Below the pieces are notes generated by a model. That model was given only the letters and a program-made list of their open reading frames with translations, was not told the DNA's origin and ran no database searches. The translations under genes and the position numbers were made by a program. Positions 20,242-29,881 of a stretch of DNA of 64,000 nucleotides are shown here, piece after piece (the stretch's first letter is position 1; the number at the start of each line of letters is the position of its first letter). This stretch comes from Candidatus Binatia bacterium. Its GTDB lineage: Bacteria; Desulfobacterota; Binatia; Bin18. Location of the stretch: positions 3,072,001-3,136,000 of the forward strand of contig OY761159.2 in assembly GCA_963664395.2 (NCBI GenBank), in the 5' to 3' direction.

Positions 20242-21966
20242 ATGTATGAGGTAGTCATTCGTGGCGGAAATATTGTTGACGGAACGGGCAAGCCTGCTTT
20301 TACTGGTGACGTGGCAATTGCGGATGGACGCATTGCCGCTGTAGGCAAAGACCTGGGCAGCGCCAAAGAAACGGTTAATGCCGATGGTCTCTTGGTGACC
20401 CCAGCCTGGGTCGATGCGCATACCCATTATGACGGTCAGGTGGCCTGGGACGAACAAATGACCCCGTCACTATGGCACGGCGTTTCGACCGTGGTCATGG
20501 GGAACTGCGGCGTGGGCTTTGCGCCGGCTACGCCAGACCGCCACGATTGGCTGATTGGTTTAATGGAAGGTGTGGAAGACATTCCCGGTCCGTCATTGTC
20601 GGCCGGCCTGCCGTGGGGCTGGCAGAGCTTTGCCGAATACCTCGATGTGCTGGATAAGATGCCACGCACCTTGGACGCTGGCGGTATGATTACGCACGGC
20701 GCGGTGCGGGCCTTTGTCATGGGCGAGCGCGGCGCAAAGAATGAGCCTGCAACGGACGAGGACATCGCCAAGATGGCCGCGGTGGTCAAAGAAGCCGTGT
20801 TGGCTGGGGCGCTGGGCTTTTCGAGTTCGCGGACTCTGGTCCATACGGCCAATGATGGCGAACCTGTACCGGGCACGTTCGCCCATGAAAACGAGTTGAT
20901 TGGTATTGCCCAGGCTGTGCGCTCAACCGGACGCGGCATTCTCGAAATGGTGCCGCGCGGCATTGCCGGTGAAGACCCGGACCTGCTGCAAGAAGTTGAT
21001 ATGATGATTCGGGTCTCCCGGGCGACGGGCTGTCCGCTGACTTTCCTCCTGGCTCAGAACAACACCTATCCCGAACAATGGCGTGAGGTCATGGCCAAAT
21101 GTACCGCCGCGGTTGAAGGTGGCGTCCCGATCACACCGATGGTGTTCGCCCGTCCGGTGTGTGTGCTGTTCAGCTTTCAGGGGGATAATCCATTTGAATA
21201 TCTGCCGAGTTTTCAACCCCTGAAAAAACTGTCTCATGACGAAAAGATGGCTGCGCTGCATAATCCTGAGCTGCGCCACAAGCTGGTGACGGAACAGGAC
21301 CCCAACACGACCGGCATGTCCCTGCTGTATCAGAATGAGCGGGTCTGGGAGCGGACCTATCCCATGGGTGAAGAGCTGAGCTATGAGCCGAGTGCCGACA
21401 AGAGCATTGCCGCCCTTGCCGCCCGCGAAGGCCGCCGCCCGCGCGAGGTGGTCTATGACCTGATGCTCGAACAAAACGGCCGGGCCTTTTTGATGTATGC
21501 CGCGGCCGGCTATGCGGATGGCAACGCCGACCCGCTCCACGAGCTGATCTGTGACCCCATTACGGTCATGGGCGGCAGCGATGCCGGTGCGCACGTGCGT
21601 CAGATTATTGACGCGGGTGTCCCGACCTATGCGTTGACCCACTGGGTGCGTGACAAAGCCGATGACGATCCCAAGCACTTGCCGCTTGAGTTTGTGGTCA
21701 AGAAACTCACCCACGATGGCGCGCGTTTGTTTGGCATGAAAGACCGTGGCACGCTTGAGCCGGGGGCCAAGGCTGATGTGAACCTGATTGATTATGCCAC
21801 TCTGAGCGTCAGTCATCCCGAGATGATCTACGATTTGCCGGCTGGTATGCCGCGCTTGATGCAGACCGCTCAAGGCTACGAGAAAACCTATGTAAGCGGG
21901 GAAGTCGTTCAAGAAAACGGAAAAGACACGGGCGCACGGCCAGGCCGTATTGTCCGCAGTGCGTAA
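20242..21966 (+). CDS. N-acyl-D-amino-acid deacylase family amidohydrolase
   Basis: VDAHTHYDGQ, VVMGNCGVGFAP, SDAGAHV and GARPGRIVR motifs. Confidence 0.93.
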   Translation: MYEVVIRGGNIVDGTGKPAFTGDVAIADGRIAAVGKDLGSAKETVNADGLLVTPAWVDAHTHYDGQVAWDEQMTPSLWHGVSTVVMGNCGVGFAPATPDRHDWLIGLMEGVEDIPGPSLSAGLPWGWQSFAEYLDVLDKMPRTLDAGGMITHGAVRAFVMGERGAKNEPATDEDIAKMAAVVKEAVLAGALGFSSSRTLVHTANDGEPVPGTFAHENELIGIAQAVRSTGRGILEMVPRGIAGEDPDLLQEVDMMIRVSRATGCPLTFLLAQNNTYPEQWREVMAKCTAAVEGGVPITPMVFARPVCVLFSFQGDNPFEYLPSFQPLKKLSHDEKMAALHNPELRHKLVTEQDPNTTGMSLLYQNERVWERTYPMGEELSYEPSADKSIAALAAREGRRPREVVYDLMLEQNGRAFLMYAAAGYADGNADPLHELICDPITVMGGSDAGAHVRQIIDAGVPTYALTHWVRDKADDDPKHLPLEFVVKKLTHDGARLFGMKDRGTLEPGAKADVNLIDYATLSVSHPEMIYDLPAGMPRLMQTAQGYEKTYVSGEVVQENGKDTGARPGRIVRSA

Positions 21967-22080
21967 CGCGCTTTTTCTGCTGATGACGGCAGCGGGCATT
22001 ATTCTTGATGCCCGCTGCCTTTTCCCTTCCCGAGCCGACAACTCCCATCTCAGCAGTATGCGCAATAAGGAGGGCACCGC

Positions 22081-22956
22081 ATGGATATTGGTATCCTTGT
22101 ACCGGCAACAGTAGAGACGCAGGACATAACTGGAATCGCCCAACGGGTCGAAGGCTTGGGCTTCGAATCCCTCTGGATCCCCGAACACCCAGTGATTCCC
22201 GTAGGTTTTCAAACCGAGGTGCCTGGGGGTGGGACCCTGCCTGAGCACTACAACCGTTGGGCCGACCCGTTTATTGCGCTGACGATGGCCGCCGCTGCCA
22301 CCACCACGCTCAAGCTGGCCACCGGTATTTGTTTATTCCCGGAGCGCGAGCCGCTCATCACCGCAAAAGTGATCGCTACCCTCGATCTCTATTCCGGCGG
22401 CCGGACCATTATTGGAGTCGGGGCCGGCTGGCTACGCGAAGAAACCGAGGTCATGGGTACCAACTTCCGGCTGCGCTGGCGGCGCTTGCGCGAAACAACC
22501 GAGGCGCTGCGCATCTGCTGGACCGAGAAAGAGCCCAGCTATCAAGGCGAAATGGTCCAGTTCCCGCCCGTGTTCTGCGATCCCAAGCCAGTCCAAAAGG
22601 CCGGCCCGCCCATCTTCTTGGGCGGCCATGTACCCAAGGCGCTGGAGCGGGTCGCCCGGACCTACGATGGCTGGTGTCCGCTCGCGTTTGACCCTGAGGA
22701 CTATAAAACGAAGGTGGCATCGATACGCACCATGGCCAAAGAATTCGGACGGGACCCGGACGCGTTGCAGATGTCGGCCTTTATTGATCCCAAAGACGGT
22801 GCCCTGTCGGCCGATGAGATGAAAGCCTATCGCGATGCCGGCGCCAGCCGGATCGTGCTCTTCTCTCAGCCCTTTGCACAAGCGATTGCGACCGGCCAAG
22901 TCACGGCGTGCATAGACAGCGTCGCACCTGTTGTGGAGGCGGCTCAGGGAGTATAG
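22081..22956 (+). CDS. LLM-class (probably F420-dependent) oxidoreductase
   Basis: GFESLWIPEH, DPFIALT, AKVIATLD, GVGAGW and PKPVQ motifs. Confidence 0.9.
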   Translation: MDIGILVPATVETQDITGIAQRVEGLGFESLWIPEHPVIPVGFQTEVPGGGTLPEHYNRWADPFIALTMAAAATTTLKLATGICLFPEREPLITAKVIATLDLYSGGRTIIGVGAGWLREETEVMGTNFRLRWRRLRETTEALRICWTEKEPSYQGEMVQFPPVFCDPKPVQKAGPPIFLGGHVPKALERVARTYDGWCPLAFDPEDYKTKVASIRTMAKEFGRDPDALQMSAFIDPKDGALSADEMKAYRDAGASRIVLFSQPFAQAIATGQVTACIDSVAPVVEAAQGV

Positions 22957-23040
22957 GTCTGGCCTCCTCTCCCGCTGGCGGGCGAGGGAATAGCTGTACA
23001 AAATACATTGATCGTATCGACCGAAGTAAGGAGTTTCAGC

Positions 23041-24441
23041 ATGTTCGGGCCGTGTCGTTTTTCAGTCTCTCTTCCGCTGGTGAGTCTTTCTCTTACCGCT
23101 CTCCTACTGGCGAGTTCTGCTGCGTGGGCCGGCCCGAATATCAAAATTTTGGACAACCCCATACGGATGCAGTTTTCCAGTTTTTCGACCTCGCTGGCCA
23201 TGCTGGGCGATGTGACGGGTGATGGCATCCCGGATTATCTCGTCGGCGCGTATGACCAACCCTATGCCAAGGACGGTATGACCGGCAAGGAGCTTGGGTT
23301 CGGCGGTACTGAAAAGGTTGGCCAGAATGTTGACCATCAGGGCCGGGCCTTTGTCTTTGACGGCCAGACGGCCAAGCTGCTCTACACCCTCGATCATCCG
23401 TTTCCGCAAAAATCCGCGGCGTTTGCCTGCTCGGTGGCCGCGGTTGGAGATGTGAATCAGGACGCTATACCGGATTTATTGATTGGTGCCTTTGGCCAGA
23501 ATAAGAGTGGCCAAGCCTATGTCTTCAGCGGTACGGACGGGGCATATTTGCTGACTCTCAAACCCCCTCAGCCTCAGTCCGGCGCAGGATTTGGTTGGTC
23601 GGTGGACGGCATTGGCGATGTCACCGGCGACGGGACCCCCGAGTTGGTAGTGGGTGCCTACAATCAAGACGGAGAGGGAAGGGCGTTTGTCTACAGTGGT
23701 CAAGACGGCCGGCTGGTGTATACGCTTGCTCCTCCCACCGACCGGGGTGGCTCTGCGTTTGGCTGGTTTGTGCACTCAGCCGGGGACCTCAATCAAGACG
23801 GAGTGCCGGATATCGCTGTGGGTGCTCCCTACACAACTGTCGGCAAGCTGAGTGTCCAAGGGCGCGCGTATATCTATAGCGGCGCAGATGGCCAGTTATT
23901 GCTTACGATCGACAACCCGGAGCCACAAGAAGGATCGACCTTTGGCTGGCGGGTGGTCAGCGCTGGGGATCTGAATAAAGACGGGACGCCCGACCTGCTG
24001 ATCGGCGCGCCCCATCATGATGTTGGGGCCTATTTGGGCCAGGGCGTTGCCTACGCTATCAGCGGGAAAGACGGTTCCGTTATCTATACCCTCAAGGACC
24101 CGTTTCCGCGCAAATATGCCGGCTTTGGCTGGGCGCTGGCCACCAGCATGGACGTGAATGCCGACGATATACCTGAAATCCTCGTTGGCGCTCCGTTTCA
24201 GGCTGTGGATGCGTTCGATATTCAAGGCGAGGTCTTTGTCTATAACGGGCGTGACGGCCGGCATCTGATGACGCTCGACAATCCGTGGGGGCATCAGGGC
24301 TCAAAATTCGGCTACACCGTTCTCTCGCCGGGCGATCTGAATCAGGACGGCATCCCGGAGTTTGCCATGAGCACACCCGGTCAGCACATCAGGGGTGAGG
24401 TCAACGTCGGGCGCGTGTATCTTTTTGAGTCCAAGCGTTAG
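23041..24441 (+). CDS. Secreted FG-GAP (integrin-alpha-like) repeat protein
   Basis: Signal peptide; about seven FGWxVxxxGDxNxDGxPDxxxGAP repeats. Confidence 0.92.
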   Translation: MFGPCRFSVSLPLVSLSLTALLLASSAAWAGPNIKILDNPIRMQFSSFSTSLAMLGDVTGDGIPDYLVGAYDQPYAKDGMTGKELGFGGTEKVGQNVDHQGRAFVFDGQTAKLLYTLDHPFPQKSAAFACSVAAVGDVNQDAIPDLLIGAFGQNKSGQAYVFSGTDGAYLLTLKPPQPQSGAGFGWSVDGIGDVTGDGTPELVVGAYNQDGEGRAFVYSGQDGRLVYTLAPPTDRGGSAFGWFVHSAGDLNQDGVPDIAVGAPYTTVGKLSVQGRAYIYSGADGQLLLTIDNPEPQEGSTFGWRVVSAGDLNKDGTPDLLIGAPHHDVGAYLGQGVAYAISGKDGSVIYTLKDPFPRKYAGFGWALATSMDVNADDIPEILVGAPFQAVDAFDIQGEVFVYNGRDGRHLMTLDNPWGHQGSKFGYTVLSPGDLNQDGIPEFAMSTPGQHIRGEVNVGRVYLFESKR

Positions 24442-24461
24442 GCGGGGTAAATCGAACGCGT

Positions 24462-24490
24462 GACAGCAGGGGTCATACGTCCCTGCTGTC
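24462..24490. terminator. Hairpin between convergent genes
   Basis: Perfect 10-bp stem GACAGCAGGG/CCCTGCTGTC. Confidence 0.6.
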
Positions 24491-24518
24491 GAACTTGCTC
24501 AAATTTGCTCAACCTAGC

Positions 24519-25475
24519 TCAACTTGTTAAGCGTGCCTCCTTGTCTAAAGTTCCTGGCAGTACGCCTATCCATACTGGTCTCTCGGCGTCGCCGCCTTGA
24601 AATAGAAGCCAGACTGTTTCTCCAATACTTGGGAGCGTCTCAGCTCCCGGCGGCAGACACGGGACCGCCCAGCCAGTCACGCCTGGGACCTCAAAGACCT
24701 CGACCTGTAGCCGAAGCCGCTTTTCTGGGTCGCGATTTTCTTTCACCATACCCTGATAAACGCCAGCATAACGACCCAATGGGCCATATTCGTATAGCAC
24801 CCGCATATGCCCATGCATCCCACCGACTGAGGGCTCAACCCCCTCGATCCTGATAAATCCGGGCCAAGGGCTTGTTCCGTCACCAACGACTATGAAACGA
24901 GGCCACCCGTTTATGCGCGCCGTTTCGACCATTGGTGACCTAGGATCATCGAATGTGTACCCGGAAAAATTGCCGCTAAACCCATGGTCCTGAAGCAACA
25001 GGCCGAACGGGGGATTGGCCGCGAACGCTCCTCCATAAAGCCACTGGTATGTGGCGTGTGCTTCTGCACCTACCAGCAACAGCGCAATACGCACCGCGCC
25101 ATAATCATCGCCATACTCCGAATTGCGCTCATAGACACAAAGATGGCAGGCGGCATCTGGTTGGGTTCCTGGAATCTCTTGCGGTAGGTCTCGCTCAAAG
25201 ATGACATCATATCCTCTGATGTAAAAATCACTTCCCTCGTAGGACCCCGGAGCGAGTTCCTGGCGAATCTGGTCCGCACGATAGTCCTGATCGATGCAAA
25301 CGAAGCAATGGGTACTATGGCTCCGGTTGAATATCTCAATTGCGTGACCATCGCGTCCAGTGCCAGGATAGACCACCGTTCGGCTCGCGAAGAAGTTGGC
25401 CAAACTGAAGGCGTCACCGGTAAGCCACTTTGGGACATCCTCCTGATACTGCGAAAGATACTCAAACATCTGCAT
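24519..25475 (-). CDS. Hypothetical protein with a C-terminal Gp5/baseplate-V OB-fold domain
   Basis: C-terminal GVYQGMVKENRDPEKRLRLQV...GWA...LPSIGETVWLLFQGGDAERPVWIG; N-terminal ~235 aa unassigned. Confidence 0.7.
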   Translation of the reverse strand: MQMFEYLSQYQEDVPKWLTGDAFSLANFFASRTVVYPGTGRDGHAIEIFNRSHSTHCFVCIDQDYRADQIRQELAPGSYEGSDFYIRGYDVIFERDLPQEIPGTQPDAACHLCVYERNSEYGDDYGAVRIALLLVGAEAHATYQWLYGGAFAANPPFGLLLQDHGFSGNFSGYTFDDPRSPMVETARINGWPRFIVVGDGTSPWPGFIRIEGVEPSVGGMHGHMRVLYEYGPLGRYAGVYQGMVKENRDPEKRLRLQVEVFEVPGVTGWAVPCLPPGAETLPSIGETVWLLFQGGDAERPVWIGVLPGTLDKEARLTS

Positions 25476-25535
25476 GCCCAGACCCCCTGCTTTTCATGAA
25501 TATGACGCGCTTCCGCTTCCATTCCACTTTGGAGA

Positions 25536-26027
25536 CTATATCAGGAACGACATATTCGGCAGCGGCTCGGCGGCGTTGACTAAGACGACTTTTTTGCGAC
25601 TCATCTTGAGCTCGCCGTCAACCCACCGAAGGGTATGCGCCGTACGTCCGGCCCACAGATGGGTTTCGTGTTTGGCTTGAATCGAGAGCTCGACCAAAAG
25701 GAAATTCGAGCCGACAACGAATTCATCGCGCTCGTTTTTCTCGACCTCGATATTGGAGATCAGCCGGCGCATGGACGAGGCCGGTTCCTGGCTGTAGCGA
25801 TGGCCGCTTTGCAGGAGTTTGATGCGCGTGGCAATCCGCTGTCGGTTGTCGTAGATGTGCGAAATATGGGTGTTGGGATCAACCTCGGGGTCGGTTGTCG
25901 CCGGCACCCAGTACACGGCGTCGTCCGTCCACAAGGCTTCCCAGTCCGCATAGCGCGCTTCATCCGCGAAACGTGCTTCTTTGTACAGGAATGCCTCAAC
26001 AGCTCTATACTCGGTGTCGGACACCAT
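25536..26027 (-). CDS. Ring-hydroxylating dioxygenase beta subunit
   Basis: FLYKEARFAD, YWVP, RRLISNIE and KKVVLVN motifs; adjacent to an alpha subunit. Confidence 0.92.
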   Translation of the reverse strand: MVSDTEYRAVEAFLYKEARFADEARYADWEALWTDDAVYWVPATTDPEVDPNTHISHIYDNRQRIATRIKLLQSGHRYSQEPASSMRRLISNIEVEKNERDEFVVGSNFLLVELSIQAKHETHLWAGRTAHTLRWVDGELKMSRKKVVLVNAAEPLPNMSFLI

Positions 26028-26032
26028 AGCTG

Positions 26033-27304
26033 CTAGGCCTGGCCGTTTTGCATCACGCCGCGATAGTGAAACCAAAACGCCCGATTTGTTGTCTCGTCGG
26101 TCATATGCCCGACGCGCTGCTGTTGGCTATCAACATACTCACGGTTCAGACCGCGACTCAGCTCCAGCCACTCGGCGTTCCGCGTGACTAATCCGACCTG
26201 GTTGCGACTCGCAATCGTTACGTCTTCGGGCAATAAGAATGACCCCGGCCCCATTGCCGCTTCGCTCTGCCGCAATAAGCGCTTGTTGAACTCGGGCACG
26301 CCCTTGAGAAATAGGGGAGTGTGCCACTGGACACATTCGTCAACGCTGACGGGCTGCATGATGGCGATATTCATCTCGGCCAAAAAGAGATTGGGAAAAA
26401 TAAAGGCGTGCGGCGGGCCGTCGAAAACCCGGCGCTGTATTTCCTCTTTGCCATAGCTGTGCTCCATGGCCGTCAGATAGGATGCGGCCAGACCCTCCGA
26501 GACGCCGCCGAACCACTCGAACGGTTGTTGGTAGGCCGGGACAAAATCGATTTCCGTGTGTCCCTGCCCCCAGTCGCGCAGGACGGACTTGATGCTTTTT
26601 TCCTCACCAACAAAGCGCCGATACTGCGAGCCGACCGCTTTCAATATGGAACGATGCACAAAGCCGAGATGATAGCCGTCCGTGTCGTTTTCGGGCAGCA
26701 TTTTCCAGTTGGACGGGTAGCGATGCTTGATCCAGCCGGCGCCCAGTTCGATCTCGCCCTCCAGCGAGAGATCACAGGCCCGGTCGATCAATTGCGCCGC
26801 CGTGCCAAGATGGTCGGCCAGCGAGATACCGTTCGGACTCAGGCTGACGAACACAAAACCCCGATAGCTCTCCAGCCGCGGCACGCGCGTCAGCCCGTGC
26901 GCCTTTTTATCAAAAGACTCGCCATAGCCGGCCGGGTAGGGGACGCCCTGCAAAGCGCCACTCAGGTCATAACTCCAGCCATGATAGGGACAGGTAAACG
27001 TACGGGCGTGGCCGCGCTCCGCCGGGCAGACGGTCGTGCCACGATGCGCGCAGCGGTTGAGGAGGGCCGATATATTGTTATCGGTGCCGCGCACCAGGAT
27101 GACCGACTGGGTGCCGACCCGGCGAGTAATAAAGTCTCCCGGCCGGGGGATTTCACTCTCGTGACCAATGAACACCCAGCCGTGGTAGAAAATTTTTTCC
27201 AACTCATCGGTAAAAATATGCGGGTCGGTGTACAGCGACCTGTGGACCCGCTCGTTTTGGACAAGGGTGTCGTACTGGATCGGATCAATGGCAGTCTGTT
27301 GCAT
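26033..27304 (-). CDS. Rieske ring-hydroxylating dioxygenase alpha subunit
   Basis: NRCAHRG...FTCPYHGW Rieske motif; ENDTDGYHLGFVH mononuclear Fe site; ATG at 27304 after GGAGG. Confidence 0.95.
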   Translation of the reverse strand: MQQTAIDPIQYDTLVQNERVHRSLYTDPHIFTDELEKIFYHGWVFIGHESEIPRPGDFITRRVGTQSVILVRGTDNNISALLNRCAHRGTTVCPAERGHARTFTCPYHGWSYDLSGALQGVPYPAGYGESFDKKAHGLTRVPRLESYRGFVFVSLSPNGISLADHLGTAAQLIDRACDLSLEGEIELGAGWIKHRYPSNWKMLPENDTDGYHLGFVHRSILKAVGSQYRRFVGEEKSIKSVLRDWGQGHTEIDFVPAYQQPFEWFGGVSEGLAASYLTAMEHSYGKEEIQRRVFDGPPHAFIFPNLFLAEMNIAIMQPVSVDECVQWHTPLFLKGVPEFNKRLLRQSEAAMGPGSFLLPEDVTIASRNQVGLVTRNAEWLELSRGLNREYVDSQQQRVGHMTDETTNRAFWFHYRGVMQNGQA

Positions 27305-27367
27305 ACGAATCCCTCCGGTTCCGTTATGTCGCTCCTCTATCGTTTTGTAAGCGTGCATTGGTCAAAC

Positions 27368-27787
27368 TCAAACATGAGCCGAGGCTTGAGGAATATGGTG
27401 CTCTCCCCGCTCGCCGATCACGATACGAACCGGCATGCCGATCTCAACAGTGGACGGGTCAATATCAACGATGTTCGTTGTGATCTCCGGACCTTCTTCT
27501 AAGGTCACGACGGCGACTACGTACGGAATGATCTCTTTGAAATACGGATGATACGGCTTGTCGAAAACAATAAAAGTGCGAATTGTACCCCGGTCTGAGG
27601 CTGGCACCCAGGAGAGCGAACTCGCATGAGCTCCGCACTGCAGGCACGCCTGCGTACGCGCGTAGTACGCTCCACAGATACAGCGAGCGAGCCTGAACTC
27701 ACCGCTATCAATGGCATCCCAGAACGGCTGGTCTTCTACCGGAACAATGCGGCGGGGCGGGGCTGACGTGGGCTGGTTATCTCGCAT
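27368..27787 (-). CDS. DUF35 Zn-ribbon/OB-fold protein (ChsH2-like)
   Basis: PFWD, CICG...CLQCG, PYVVAVVTLEEG and IGMPV motifs; next to a thiolase-like gene. Confidence 0.9.
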   Translation of the reverse strand: MRDNQPTSAPPRRIVPVEDQPFWDAIDSGEFRLARCICGAYYARTQACLQCGAHASSLSWVPASDRGTIRTFIVFDKPYHPYFKEIIPYVVAVVTLEEGPEITTNIVDIDPSTVEIGMPVRIVIGERGEHHIPQASAHV

Positions 27788-27805
27788 TTCTTTTATCTCC
27801 CGAAT

Positions 27806-28957
27806 TCATTCCACGCCAAAGATCGCCGCTGACTGAGCCAGTCCCGCTCCAGTGATACCGACGTTGGTGATGAGCGCGGTCCGTGCGTCAGGGACCTGAG
27901 TTGGTCCGCCCTCACCGCGTAACTGACGGACTCCCTCGGCCACGTGTGTAAAGCCCTGGACATAGCCCCAGGAATGAAGCGTGCCACACGTGTTGCATGG
28001 CCGCTTGGAGTCCCAGCGGAAGTTCCCGGCCCGAACCCAATCTGCCGCTTCGCCAGGCCCGCACAGTCCATAGGCTTCGATTTGCAGCGCAGCCATAATC
28101 GTGAACGCGTCGTAAAACTCGAACACATCGATATCGTCAATGCTCAACCCGGCTGTTTCAAAAACCCTGCTTCGCCCTGGTTCGACGTTGAGGTCTGACG
28201 GACCCAGAACCGTATTCGATCCACGCGCGTAGCCTTGGCCCACCTCGTGGCAGGTGCCAAACCCAAGTAAATGAACCGGCGTGGTCTTCAGGGCGCGTGC
28301 CCGTTCCGCAGTCGTCACCAGAAAAGCGATCGCGCCATCGGTGATCAGGCAGTAATCAAGCAGATGCAGCGGGCGTACGATGAAGCGAGAGTTCTGATGG
28401 TCGTCAACCGTGATTGGACGTCCGGACATATAGGCATCGTTACGCGGGACTGCATTGGACCGTAGGGCAACAGCAAGTTCGGCCAGATCTGCCGAAGAGC
28501 GGCCGTATTTATGCAAATAGCCTTGGGCCATCAAAGCCGCCTGAGCTCCAGGCGAGAACAGGCCGTAGATAGCGTTTGGGTCTTGGCTCTTGTTGTGTTC
28601 GTCCGCACCAACCGTGATTGTCTGGGAGCGCGCATTTGTGGCATGTCCGCATATGACGTACTCGGCTGTGCCTGCCTCAATCATACCGATTGCTGCAATA
28701 AGGGCGAAAATACCAGAAGCTCCGCTGGAGTTGATTTGCAGTGTTGCCTGCGCCCCGAGTCCAGCTCGACTCGCTGCCACGCCCGATGTACCTTCCCCAA
28801 ATCCAGGTTGAAAGACGTAGCCGTTGACCTGGCTCCGTTCGAGTCCGGAATCGGCCAAGACTAACTCAATCGCCTCCCAGGCGAGTTGCTCCGCGCTGGT
28901 TCCGGGTAGCACGCCTTGCTTGGTGACCCCCAACCCGGCAAGTGCATACTTTTGCAT
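27806..28957 (-). CDS. Thiolase-superfamily (SCP-x/Ltp2-like) protein
   Basis: PLHLLDYCLITDGA, FEFYDAFT and EGVRQLRGE motifs; N-terminal catalytic Cys position appears as SSGAS. Confidence 0.88.
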   Translation of the reverse strand: MQKYALAGLGVTKQGVLPGTSAEQLAWEAIELVLADSGLERSQVNGYVFQPGFGEGTSGVAASRAGLGAQATLQINSSGASGIFALIAAIGMIEAGTAEYVICGHATNARSQTITVGADEHNKSQDPNAIYGLFSPGAQAALMAQGYLHKYGRSSADLAELAVALRSNAVPRNDAYMSGRPITVDDHQNSRFIVRPLHLLDYCLITDGAIAFLVTTAERARALKTTPVHLLGFGTCHEVGQGYARGSNTVLGPSDLNVEPGRSRVFETAGLSIDDIDVFEFYDAFTIMAALQIEAYGLCGPGEAADWVRAGNFRWDSKRPCNTCGTLHSWGYVQGFTHVAEGVRQLRGEGGPTQVPDARTALITNVGITGAGLAQSAAIFGVE

Positions 28958-29021
28958 GGTGCTTAAACTATTCCTTTGCCGTCGGTCGGATTACGCTTTG
29001 CTCATCCGACGCCTCAGATGT

Positions 29022-29834
29022 TTATCGGTTGGCAAACACCGGATCGCGTTTTTCTCGGAACGCCGCGACTGCCTCGCGCATGTCTTCACCCGTCGTGCAG
29101 GCCAGCCCCAGATGGGCATCGGCGTAGGTAATATCTCCAGCCTTGTTGGTGTTGAGTGCTTTGAAAAATTCTTTTGTTCGACGGAGCGCCATGGGCGGCT
29201 TGTTGAGCAATTTCTGAACAAAGGCGTGTACGGCTTCGTGTAGCTCCTCCAACGGAACGACCCGGTTGACCAATCCGACCTCAAGGGCTTCCTCGGCGGT
29301 CAGTTCATCACAGGTCATGACAAGTTCTTTTGTTTTGGCCATGCCGATGAGGTTGATCATGCGGGTAATGGAGCCCCACATATAGGGCACGCCCAGCCGC
29401 ACCTCGGGCAGCCACATCCGGACACCACTGGCAGCAATGCGAAAATCACATGCCATAGCCAAGGACACGCCGCCGCCCACCGCAAAGCCATTGACCGCGG
29501 CGATGCTGATCTGGTCCAGGCGTTCCCACTCGTCCATAATTCGCCAGCCGAGCTTTGCCATGCGCAGCCGGGCGCTATCGGTCAGCTTGGCCTGAGTTTC
29601 CGCTTTTGAGCTTTTGGAAAGGGCTTCCATATCCGCGCCAACGCTGAACGAACGACCCTTGCCAGTCAGAATAACAACCCGTGAGTCTTCGTCCTCTTGC
29701 AGCTCATAGGTAATAGCCAGAAACTCACGTAGCACCTGCTCATTGAGCGGATTGAGTTTTGCCGGTCGATTAAAAGAGACGGTTACGATCGGGCCTGAGC
29801 GTTCGAGTGTAAATGTTTCGTATGTCGTGGCCAT
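29022..29834 (-). CDS. Enoyl-CoA hydratase/isomerase
   Basis: FSVGAD, IAAVNGFAVGGG, LPEVRLG and AFREKRDPVF motifs. Confidence 0.93.
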   Translation of the reverse strand: MATTYETFTLERSGPIVTVSFNRPAKLNPLNEQVLREFLAITYELQEDEDSRVVILTGKGRSFSVGADMEALSKSSKAETQAKLTDSARLRMAKLGWRIMDEWERLDQISIAAVNGFAVGGGVSLAMACDFRIAASGVRMWLPEVRLGVPYMWGSITRMINLIGMAKTKELVMTCDELTAEEALEVGLVNRVVPLEELHEAVHAFVQKLLNKPPMALRRTKEFFKALNTNKAGDITYADAHLGLACTTGEDMREAVAAFREKRDPVFANR

Positions 29835-29881
29835 AGGGAATGTTCTCCTGCTTCTCCTGATTTTTTATCACTACTTTTGAC

